Shown here in pieces: positions 41,644 to 50,303 of a stretch of DNA of 64,000 nucleotides (within the stretch, counting starts at the first letter, position 1; each line of letters opens with the position of its first letter). The stretch comes from an uncultured Gammaproteobacteria bacterium. GTDB taxonomy: Bacteria; Pseudomonadota; Gammaproteobacteria; Pseudomonadales; Pseudohongiellaceae. Below the pieces are notes generated by a model. The model had not been told where the DNA came from. It made no database searches and was given only the letters and a program-made list of their open reading frames with translations. Both the position numbers and the translations under genes were made by a program. The stretch spans positions 2,923-66,922 of the forward strand of contig CAJWGN010000001.1 in NCBI GenBank assembly GCA_913031035.1, read 5' to 3'.

Positions 41644-42645
41644 ATGACGAATGATCGCGATGAAAAAAAATTCAAACCGGCATGGTGGCTCCCAGAAGGT
41701 CATACGCAGACACTTTGGCGAAAACTTACCGCTAAGGATACAGTGTTACACCGGCGTGAAAGGCTTGAATTGGCTGATGGAGACTTCATAGATATTGATT
41801 GGTGTGAAGGTTTTTCAGTAAACGGCCAGCAGCCTGAAGCGAGTTCTGGAATAATTGTTGTAATTCATGGTTTGGGCGGATGTTCAAGTTCTCCTTATAT
41901 TATCGCACTTCAAAATTGTTTGGCTGGAAAGGGTAAACGCAGTGTGGCTATGAATTTTCGCGGCTGCAGCGGTGAGCCAAATAATTTAGCTCGGGCCTAT
42001 CATTCAGGCGTATCGGAAGATTTAAATGAAGTGTTTATAAAATTGAGAACGGCTTTCCCAGATGAAGAATTTATGTTTGTTGGTTATTCATTGGGTGCAA
42101 ACGTCCTCTTAAAATGGCTAGGTGAGCGAGAGCACGATCATCAAATTACTAAGGCAGTCGCAGTTTCTACCCCTTTCCGTTTAGATGAATGTTCCAAAGC
42201 AATGCTTCGAGGCACAAGCCGGTTCTACGGTAGTTACTTTGTTAACTTTTTAAGAAATGAGTTTAATTCCAAAATGGATGATTTCACCAAAAGAGGGCTG
42301 GGTAAGCAATCTAAGATATTAGCGAGCCTGGGGGATTTAGACCGCATTAACTCACTTTGGGAGTTTGATGATCTTGTGACAGCGCCACTGCATGGTTTCA
42401 AAAATGCAGATGATTACTACGACAAATCGAGCTCAGCACAGTTTTTAGGGCAAATAAATACCGATACATTGCTTATCCAGAGCAAAAACGATCCGCTTAT
42501 TCCGGCATCAGCCTTGCCAAGTGCGCAGAGTTTATCGCCTTGTGTAAAGATGGAGTTAAGCGGTAAAGGCGGTCATGTTGGCTTTATTTCCGGCAATAAA
42601 GACAACTGGCTTGAAAGACGTATAGTCGATCATCTAATTGCTTGA
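41644..42645 (+). CDS. YheT-like alpha/beta hydrolase (AB hydrolase 4 family)
   Basis: Has P.WWL..GH.QT, HGLGG and the nucleophile elbow GYSLGAN. The C-terminus ..GGHVGF matches the YheT pattern. Confidence 0.8.
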   Translation: MTNDRDEKKFKPAWWLPEGHTQTLWRKLTAKDTVLHRRERLELADGDFIDIDWCEGFSVNGQQPEASSGIIVVIHGLGGCSSSPYIIALQNCLAGKGKRSVAMNFRGCSGEPNNLARAYHSGVSEDLNEVFIKLRTAFPDEEFMFVGYSLGANVLLKWLGEREHDHQITKAVAVSTPFRLDECSKAMLRGTSRFYGSYFVNFLRNEFNSKMDDFTKRGLGKQSKILASLGDLDRINSLWEFDDLVTAPLHGFKNADDYYDKSSSAQFLGQINTDTLLIQSKNDPLIPASALPSAQSLSPCVKMELSGKGGHVGFISGNKDNWLERRIVDHLIA

Positions 42646-42688
42646 TTGTGGCGAGGCGGCCAATTGGCTAGAATGCCGAAAATTGTAA

Positions 42689-43174
<486 letters not shown>

Positions 43175-43189
43175 CTTTTCCTGAGGCCG

Positions 43190-44005
43190 CTACTTTTGAC
43201 AAACACTGCAATAAACCGTGGCTCTCTGCCCAAGTCTCACTTCACTTAGGTCTTTCTCGCAATTGTTGCAGGGGAGCCCCCCTCGACCATAGACCTGCAG
43301 AGATTGTTTGAAGTAGCCAGGGTCGCCGTTGCTGTTGGTGAAGTCCTTTAAAGTAGTTCCACCAACTAGTATTGCCTGCGCCAAGACACTCTTGACTGCC
43401 ACTACTAATTTTTCGTACCGGGCCTTTGAAATTTCCCCTGCCGCGCGTTTAGGGCTAATCCCGGCCATAAAAAGAGCTTCATTGGCATAGATGTTGCCGA
43501 CTCCAACAACAATATGACTATCCATAATAAAAGTTTTAATAGGGGCTTTGCGCTTCCTACTTAAGCTGTGTAGGTAGCTCGAATCAAATTCTTCTAACAG
43601 CGGTTCGGGGCCCAATTTGGAAAGCAAGGGATGCTGCGCGAGATCATTTACTTCCCACAAGATGCAGCCGAACCTGCGCGGGTCTGTGTAGCGGAGGATA
43701 TCGCCACTGCCAAGCTCAAAATCTACGTGATCATGTTTACCTGGAGGAACTGGTGTTTTAAGAATCCGTAAGCTTCCTGACATGCCCAGATGGATAATCA
43801 CTGTACCCAGTTTGGATTTAAGAAGTAAGTACTTACCACGCCTACTGACCCCGCTAATACTGTGTCCCGGCAGATCTTTTGCGAGAGAAGCGGGAATAGG
43901 CCAGCGTAGCTTTGGCTGCCGAACGATAACCTTTACTATGGTTTGGTTTTTAATATGCGGTTCTATTCCGCTTCTCGTGGTTTCAACTTCAGGTAATTCT
44001 GGCAA
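43190..44005 (-). CDS. mutM: Formamidopyrimidine-DNA glycosylase
   Basis: Has (L)PELPEVETTR, H..MSG and the C-terminal zinc finger C..C......GQRATVYC..CQK. The start is assigned to TTG at 44003-44005 so that the catalytic Pro is residue 2. Confidence 0.88.
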   Translation of the reverse strand: MPELPEVETTRSGIEPHIKNQTIVKVIVRQPKLRWPIPASLAKDLPGHSISGVSRRGKYLLLKSKLGTVIIHLGMSGSLRILKTPVPPGKHDHVDFELGSGDILRYTDPRRFGCILWEVNDLAQHPLLSKLGPEPLLEEFDSSYLHSLSRKRKAPIKTFIMDSHIVVGVGNIYANEALFMAGISPKRAAGEISKARYEKLVVAVKSVLAQAILVGGTTLKDFTNSNGDPGYFKQSLQVYGRGGLPCNNCEKDLSEVRLGQRATVYCSVCQK

Positions 44006-44108
44006 ACCATTCTCCGTTGTTAGGGTGTTTTTCAAACCCTCTAGCTAGGTGACTCTATGGTGAAAGGTTACACTATAAGACTCGTTAGTCAGTCAGAATA
44101 TCAGTGAG

Positions 44109-46121
44109 ATGCCGTTGCCGAATAGAAATGTTTTAGGAATTGATGCGGGAGGAACGTTCACCGATTTCGTATTGGTGGAATTAGGCCCCGAGCTTCGAGT
44201 TAGGATACATAAAACCCTTTCAACTCCTGATGCGCCAGAAAAGGCAATTATTCAGGGAATGGAGTCGCTTGGGTTTGCTGATGACAAAGCGAGAGCCGCT
44301 TTGGTCATTGTTCATGGCAGCACGGTCGCCACTAACGCCACGTTGGAGGGGAAGTTTGCCCGAACAGTCTACATAAGCAATCGAGGCTTCAAGGATGTGC
44401 TTAGTTTGGGGCGGCAAACCAGGCCTAGCCTTTATGCTCTCGAATTTCCTGCACAGCCTGAGCCGGTGCCTTCTGAGCTGTGTTTAGAAACGGGGGGAAG
44501 GATAGCCGCTGATGGGTCTACCCTAGAGGACTTAACTGATTTAGATATAGAGACGTTAATTAGCGCTCTCAAAGAACTAAAGCCTGAAGCTGTTGCCGTC
44601 AATTTATTATTTTCATTCCTTGATGAAAGCTTCGAAAAAAAGATTGTTGATGCCATTGCCATTGCCAACCCTGATCTTTTTGTCTCACGTTCCTCAGAGG
44701 TCCTGCCGGTTTATAAAGAATATGAGCGTGGGATTGCGACTTGGCTAAACGCAAGCCTAGGGCCGGTTGTATCAGGCTACGTCGGGAGACTAAAAACAGC
44801 GCTACAAACACCAATCCAGATTATGCAGTCCAGCGGCGAAACAGTTTCCTCTGAGGCAGCCGCTAAGTCAGCCGTCAACTTATTGTTGTCAGGCCCAGCC
44901 GGCGGGCTAAATGCAATCAAATATATAGGCGAACAGATAGGCGAAGAAAATTTCATTAGCTTTGATATGGGCGGAACATCTACAGATGTCGCTTTAATCG
45001 AAGGTCGGATAGCGACAACCAACGAAGGCCATATTGGACCCTATCCAGTGGGAGTGCCTATGGTTGATATGCATACCATTGGCGCGGGCGGTGGTTCGAT
45101 TGCCTATATTGACAGGGGTGGAATTCTTCAAGTTGGACCAAAATCCGCCGGCGCGGCACCGGGCCCAGCTTGTTATGGACGCGGTGGAGCTGAGCCTACA
45201 GTGACCGATGCAAATCTAGTACTAGGGCGACTTGTGTCTGAATCTAAGCTAGCCGGTGATCTTTCGTTAAACTCGGGGCTTGCCAGAGGCGCGATTGAGC
45301 CGCTGGCCACGTCGTTAAGGTTGACCATTGAAGAAACGGCGCTAGGGATTATTCGCATTGCTAACCAGCATATGTCGAGGGCGTTGCGTTTAATTTCTGT
45401 AAATCGCGGCCATGACCCTAGAGATTTTCAGCTTGTTTGTTTTGGGGGTGCCGGCGGTTTACATGTTTGTGAACTCGCGGAATCGATGTTGATGGATAAA
45501 GCCATTGTCCCAATTCACGGTGGTGTGCTTTCAGCCTTGGGCATGGTGGTGGCAAAAAAAGGGAGACAATTTTCGAAAACTGTCAATATTTTGAAGCAAA
45601 AGGCAAAGCTTCCTGCCATTGAAAAAGCCTTTCGTGAATTAGAGCTCAGAGCGCTAGACGAGCTGCGTTCAGAGGGTATAACGGAACTCGAACTAGGTGA
45701 AATTAGCATCGAGCGGCGGGCTGATATACGTTATGTAGGGCAGTCTTTTACCCTAAGCGTTGCTTGGCAAGGCTTGGAGCAAACGTTTGCCAAGTTCGCG
45801 TCTTTGCACCAACAACGTTATGGCTATCAGCTCGATGCCCATACCGAAATTGTAAATATTCAAATTAAGCCAAAAGTCTTAGGAGAACAATTCGACCTGC
45901 CAACGCTAAAAATTTCTAAGCCGTGTAATGTTTCTTCGAATGTTAAGGTCTATGGTTATGAGAATAACGTAGCATGTTATGTGCGCTCAGATTTGTCTGC
46001 AGGCCAGAAGCTTCAGGGCCCTTGCATAGTTAAGGAATATTCGGCTACCACTTATCTCGCTGAGCACTGGTGTGCTAGGGTCGATGAGTTCGGAAATATC
46101 TGTTTAAAACGAAAGAACTAA
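44109..46121 (+). CDS. Hydantoinase/oxoprolinase A-type subunit (HyuA family)
   Basis: 670 aa with GIDAGGTFTDFV, HGSTVATNA and DMGGTSTDV (ASKHA fold, Hydantoinase_A). No HyuB-type partner is adjacent. Confidence 0.85.
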   Translation: MPLPNRNVLGIDAGGTFTDFVLVELGPELRVRIHKTLSTPDAPEKAIIQGMESLGFADDKARAALVIVHGSTVATNATLEGKFARTVYISNRGFKDVLSLGRQTRPSLYALEFPAQPEPVPSELCLETGGRIAADGSTLEDLTDLDIETLISALKELKPEAVAVNLLFSFLDESFEKKIVDAIAIANPDLFVSRSSEVLPVYKEYERGIATWLNASLGPVVSGYVGRLKTALQTPIQIMQSSGETVSSEAAAKSAVNLLLSGPAGGLNAIKYIGEQIGEENFISFDMGGTSTDVALIEGRIATTNEGHIGPYPVGVPMVDMHTIGAGGGSIAYIDRGGILQVGPKSAGAAPGPACYGRGGAEPTVTDANLVLGRLVSESKLAGDLSLNSGLARGAIEPLATSLRLTIEETALGIIRIANQHMSRALRLISVNRGHDPRDFQLVCFGGAGGLHVCELAESMLMDKAIVPIHGGVLSALGMVVAKKGRQFSKTVNILKQKAKLPAIEKAFRELELRALDELRSEGITELELGEISIERRADIRYVGQSFTLSVAWQGLEQTFAKFASLHQQRYGYQLDAHTEIVNIQIKPKVLGEQFDLPTLKISKPCNVSSNVKVYGYENNVACYVRSDLSAGQKLQGPCIVKEYSATTYLAEHWCARVDEFGNICLKRKN

Positions 46122-46324
46122 CAGCAATCAAGTTGAGACTAACTAGCGCAAAATAGAGCGAGGCAGGTTTACAGGCTAAATTCAGCGATGTTATAACGTA
46201 AAGTCTCGAATCCTAATGAACAATATTCGCAAGTGAGTTTGGGTTATTTGTTTCGATCATCGTATATCTCGCAAGGCAATAGGCATGTTGCCCTGTAGAG
46301 CTTCACACCGTCTCAGGCGTAGCC

Positions 46325-47728
46325 ATGATTATTAAGTGTAAACACCAATTTCTCTCGATAAGCTGTCTTTTAGCTACCCTGTTTTGTGGTAACGCTTTTG
46401 GGCAAGAAGAAGGTCGGGCGGAGGATGAAAGCGAATCTAAAAGTGAATCTGAAAGTATCGAACGGCCATTTAGACTGTATTTTATTGATAAGCCAATTGA
46501 AATTGATTCTAGCACTGATGACCGAGCTGTCTGGCCTATAACCAAAGCGGAAGTCATTTCCGAAGATGACCCTCAATTTATTCGGCGTATGGGCAGTATT
46601 CGTGAGTACACGGAGTCGGTTCAAGCAATAGAGTCAGAGGGGGGAGTCTGGGACAGGGGCCTAATCGAAGGTCTGGCAACCTTAGGGGAGCTCCAACAGC
46701 GTCAAGGCGACCATATTACAGCTATAAAGACTTTTGACCGGGTTGTTCACGTAAGCCGAATCAACAATGGGCTGCATACACTAGAGCAGATTCCTGCCTT
46801 AGAGCAGAAAATTGAAAGTTTTCTGGTATTGGGTGATTGGGAACAAGCGGACCTTTATTACAATTATATGTTTTACATCCAGCAAAAAGCCTATGGCAAC
46901 ACTGATCCTCGGATCATTCCAATGCTTGAGCGCTTGGCTCGCTGGAATCTCCGGGCTTTTAATATAGGTTTAGGGAAAAACCTAGGTGAGCGGCTTAACT
47001 CAGCTCAACTTTTATTTGATGCCGCTTCAAAAATGGTTGATGTCCATTTTGGCCGCTCTGATAAGCGCTACGTTGACTACCAACAAAGCATTGCAAACGC
47101 TTCTTATCTGGTGAGTCAGCACCCTGAGCTAATGAACGAAATGGAGAGGCCGGAGTTTCGTCTCAACCAAGACCAACTGCGGCGACGGTTGATAAGCTCT
47201 GAGCGATCGGCATCTCGAGGCTTTCAAGCAGGCGAGGAGGCACTTCTGAATATCCTCGCTCAACGACAAGTCGAAGATGGGCTATCGGTGCCTTTGGCCG
47301 AAGCGAATGCTAATTTAGGCGACTGGTATCTGATGTTTGGTCGGCGCAAAGCTGCTGTGCAGCAGTACGCTAGTGCTTGGCAGATTATTGCTGACTTGGA
47401 GGACCATCCGGAGCTTTTAGCAGAATTTTTTGGTCACGTAGTACCTCTGCCTTCTTTTCTCGACGCCCCCACCAGTTTAGTTTTTGCATCGGAGAAAGGA
47501 AAAGACACCAAGGAACTTGAAGTGGGTTTTGTGGATCTACGTTTTGATGTAACCGAAAACGGCGTTGTCCGAAATTTAGAAATAGTGAGTGGTGAAAGTG
47601 AAGAGAAAGCACTTATTTTGGGGAGACTGCAGCGGCAGGTTAGAAGTTCAGTGTTCCGGCCTATGCTTGAAGATGGGATTGCTATTAGGTCGATTGGCAA
47701 TCAGTTTCGATACCGGTATTGGTACTAA
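46325..47728 (+). CDS. Secreted TPR-like helical-repeat protein with a C-terminal TonB_C-like domain
   Basis: Has the signal peptide MIIKCKHQFLSISCLLATLFCGNAFG|Q and a helical-repeat middle region. The C-terminus VGFVDLRFDVTENGVVRNLEIVSGESEEKALILGRLQRQVRSSVFRPMLEDG follows the TonB C-terminal pattern (G.V.v.F.v...G.v.n..v.....). Confidence 0.5.
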   Translation: MIIKCKHQFLSISCLLATLFCGNAFGQEEGRAEDESESKSESESIERPFRLYFIDKPIEIDSSTDDRAVWPITKAEVISEDDPQFIRRMGSIREYTESVQAIESEGGVWDRGLIEGLATLGELQQRQGDHITAIKTFDRVVHVSRINNGLHTLEQIPALEQKIESFLVLGDWEQADLYYNYMFYIQQKAYGNTDPRIIPMLERLARWNLRAFNIGLGKNLGERLNSAQLLFDAASKMVDVHFGRSDKRYVDYQQSIANASYLVSQHPELMNEMERPEFRLNQDQLRRRLISSERSASRGFQAGEEALLNILAQRQVEDGLSVPLAEANANLGDWYLMFGRRKAAVQQYASAWQIIADLEDHPELLAEFFGHVVPLPSFLDAPTSLVFASEKGKDTKELEVGFVDLRFDVTENGVVRNLEIVSGESEEKALILGRLQRQVRSSVFRPMLEDGIAIRSIGNQFRYRYWY

Positions 47729-47947
47729 TGCACTGATATAAGGGTTAGCATTAATTGTTGTTTTTTATTCTGTTAAGACCCTGTTCAGCAGAGTTTTGAA
47801 ATACTGCAACGTGTAATCTGGCTACTATTTGCCAGTGCAATCTACTCGAAAATTATAGGTCGCTGTTCTCGTCAGATAGAGGCGTCCAAAATCATAAAAC
47901 GCTAATCAACTCTATGGGTTGTTAGTGCAGGCTTGGCGAAATAAATT

Positions 47948-49081
47948 ATGCAAAAATTAACGAATCAAATTCCACGTTTGGCCTTGTTAGCCGGCTTAAG
48001 TCTTGCGATTGTTGGTTGCCAGTCGAGCCAAAGCTCTAGCAGCTCTCCTCCTCCGCCTAGTCCGAGTTCCAGCTCGCCCTCAAGCCCGAGCCAATCGTCC
48101 CAATCTAGTAGCCAGAGTCAGTCTCAGAGTCAGTCGCAAAGCCAGAGTAGCTCTTCAGGATCTGCCGCCCAAACCCAAGGGGCAGGTCAGTCAGGCAGTT
48201 CGCAGGCGCAGGGCCAAGCTGGCACCTCTCAAGGGAGTGCGGGTGCGGGCAATACTTCTCCTGGTCAAAGTCAGGCTAATACCGCTGGCGCAGGTCAAGC
48301 CTCGGGTTCGTCTAGCTCTGGCGGGGGCGGTCAACAGCGAACCGTATCTTTCCCTCCGAGTATTGAAGGGTCTGGAGATACTCAAGGACAGGGTTCTGAG
48401 CAAGGGTCTCCAGAGGGCCAATCCGGGTCGAGCACAACGTCTGGTCAGGGTGCTGGTGGAGAATCACGTTTTCCAGGTGAGCAGGGCGGCTCAGGACAAG
48501 GACGAGATAGTTCGACTGGGGATTTAGGCAATGGACAAGGTGCCAGCAGTAGCGGTTCTGCTGGCAATTCAGGTCTTGGTAGGCCCCCTGGTGGGGATTA
48601 TAGTTTAGAAACCCTCCCAGAAGGCGTTGCAGGTGGCACAAGTGCCTCGGGAGGCAGTGGTGCTCTAACCAACGCTGAAAGAATTCAAGTTCTTGATGAG
48701 AGGCTTAGAAAAGGCTATGAAACCTTCGATGGCTATATTCTAAGTGAGCGTGAACGTGCTCAAAATGAAAGTAATGCTGCAGGTAGTTCAGCCCCAGGTG
48801 GTTCGGCAGGAGGAGGTGCTACAGGCGGCGCTCAAGGCCAGCCGCAAACACTTCCAGCAGAGGGTGAGACACCGAGTTCGGTGGCGACTTCGCAGAGACC
48901 AAACGCCAGCCAAGCTCCACCGGAAACGTTCCCAGCGCCAGATGACATTCCCAGTGGCAGAGATGATGATGTCGTTGCGAGGCAAATTCGCGAATTGGCT
49001 ATGAGCGAACCAGACCCGGAGTTGCGTGAAGCGATTTGGGATGAATATAGAAAATATACAGGTACTGGTGAAGGACAATGA
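47948..49081 (+). CDS. Lipoprotein with ~300 aa of S/G/Q/A low-complexity region and a small acidic helical C-terminal domain
   Basis: Has the lipobox LAIVG|C at residues ~19-24. The low-complexity region includes (SQ)6 encoded at 48107-48151. The C-terminus reads DDIPSGRDDDVVARQIRELAMSEPDPELREAIWDEYRKY. The stop overlaps the next start (ATGA). Confidence 0.6.
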   Translation: MQKLTNQIPRLALLAGLSLAIVGCQSSQSSSSSPPPPSPSSSSPSSPSQSSQSSSQSQSQSQSQSQSSSSGSAAQTQGAGQSGSSQAQGQAGTSQGSAGAGNTSPGQSQANTAGAGQASGSSSSGGGGQQRTVSFPPSIEGSGDTQGQGSEQGSPEGQSGSSTTSGQGAGGESRFPGEQGGSGQGRDSSTGDLGNGQGASSSGSAGNSGLGRPPGGDYSLETLPEGVAGGTSASGGSGALTNAERIQVLDERLRKGYETFDGYILSERERAQNESNAAGSSAPGGSAGGGATGGAQGQPQTLPAEGETPSSVATSQRPNASQAPPETFPAPDDIPSGRDDDVVARQIRELAMSEPDPELREAIWDEYRKYTGTGEGQ

Positions 49082-50262
49082 GAATTATGCTTAGAAATCT
49101 AACCACCCTTGTAACGGCCGCATTATTTTTAGTTTCTTGTGCAACACATACAGTTAAGTCGACTAGTTATACCCCGATTGTGCGGGATTCCCAAGATACG
49201 CCAGAATACTTACTGCTGGATGTTGGAGTAGCAGTCTTTGATCCTGGTTTAGATGAGATTAAAAAGAGCGAAGAAGACGTAACTAATCATGAAATTCGTG
49301 TAGCGGAGTCCCGCTATGCGCCGTTTTTACTTTCCGAAACACTTCAGCGATCCGCCAATTGGGGTATTGTGCGAGTCATGCCAAACCAAGAGAGCCCAAT
49401 GGATGTCTCCCTCAAAGGGACAATTCTCAGCTCCAATGGCGAGCAAATGGCGATTCGGATCGAAGTATCCGATTCCACCGGGCGGCAGTGGTATACAAAA
49501 GAGTATAAAGAAGAGGTTAGCAAATTCAGTTACGAGCCCAGTGAGCGCCAAAAAAATGATCCGTTCCAAGTTGTTTACAACACTATCGCGAACGATCTAC
49601 TCGAATACCGTAAGCGCAATTTAAAGAACGACGAGCTTACCGAAATCCGCACAGTGTCCGAAATGCTATTCGCCCAGAGATTCTCTCCTGATGTTTTTGG
49701 CCAGTACCTCATAAAAGATCAAAATGGAAACTTGCAAGTAGTTAGTTTGCCAGCGGAATCGGACCCACTCTTAGAAAGAGTGAGAGGAATTCGCGAACGT
49801 GATTTTATGTTTATTGATACCGTGCAGGATTACTACGCGACATACGTAAGACAAATGCGCTTACCTTATGATTCATGGCGTCAACAAAGCTATGAAGAAA
49901 CCATTGAAGTACGTGATTTGAAAAACTCTGCCCGGCGTCGATTTATTGCTGGTACGGCAGTTGTACTTGGCGGTTTAGCGGCGGCCTCTAGTGGCGGGAA
50001 TTACGCGACACAAACAGGTGGTGCTGTCGGGGTTGGAGCTGGCGCGGTTCTTATAAAAAGTGGATTCGATAAGCGGGCAGAAGCAAAAATTCACATGGAC
50101 GCTTTAGAAGAACTCGGTCAATCACTTGAAAATGAAGTCGCCCCAAGGGTTCTGGATTTAGATAATCGCAGTATTACATTAACCGGTTCCGTTGAAGAAC
50201 AATACGCGCAATGGAAAGAAGTGTTAGCAGATCTCTACGCAGCAGAAGTCGGCGGACCTTAG
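49078..50262 (+). CDS. Lipoprotein with a C-terminal Gly-zipper/hydrophobic segment
   Basis: Has the lipobox LFLVS|C and a later segment FIAGTAVVLGGLAAASSGGNYATQTGGAVGVGAGAVLI. An SD GAAGGA lies upstream. Confidence 0.6.
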   Translation: MRIMLRNLTTLVTAALFLVSCATHTVKSTSYTPIVRDSQDTPEYLLLDVGVAVFDPGLDEIKKSEEDVTNHEIRVAESRYAPFLLSETLQRSANWGIVRVMPNQESPMDVSLKGTILSSNGEQMAIRIEVSDSTGRQWYTKEYKEEVSKFSYEPSERQKNDPFQVVYNTIANDLLEYRKRNLKNDELTEIRTVSEMLFAQRFSPDVFGQYLIKDQNGNLQVVSLPAESDPLLERVRGIRERDFMFIDTVQDYYATYVRQMRLPYDSWRQQSYEETIEVRDLKNSARRRFIAGTAVVLGGLAAASSGGNYATQTGGAVGVGAGAVLIKSGFDKRAEAKIHMDALEELGQSLENEVAPRVLDLDNRSITLTGSVEEQYAQWKEVLADLYAAEVGGP

Positions 50263-50303
50263 ACGACCATAAGCAAACTTGATTCACCTGTGCAGTAACT
50301 AAT

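Noticed and set aside
48003-48641. 174-aa (+) and 76/109-aa (-) alternative-frame ORFs inside the S/G/Q-rich lipoprotein gene
   Set aside because: They are artefacts of the repetitive AGC/CAG/GGT-rich coding sequence. Their products are R/L/V-rich nonsense. The frame with the lipobox and translational coupling to the next gene is the coherent one.
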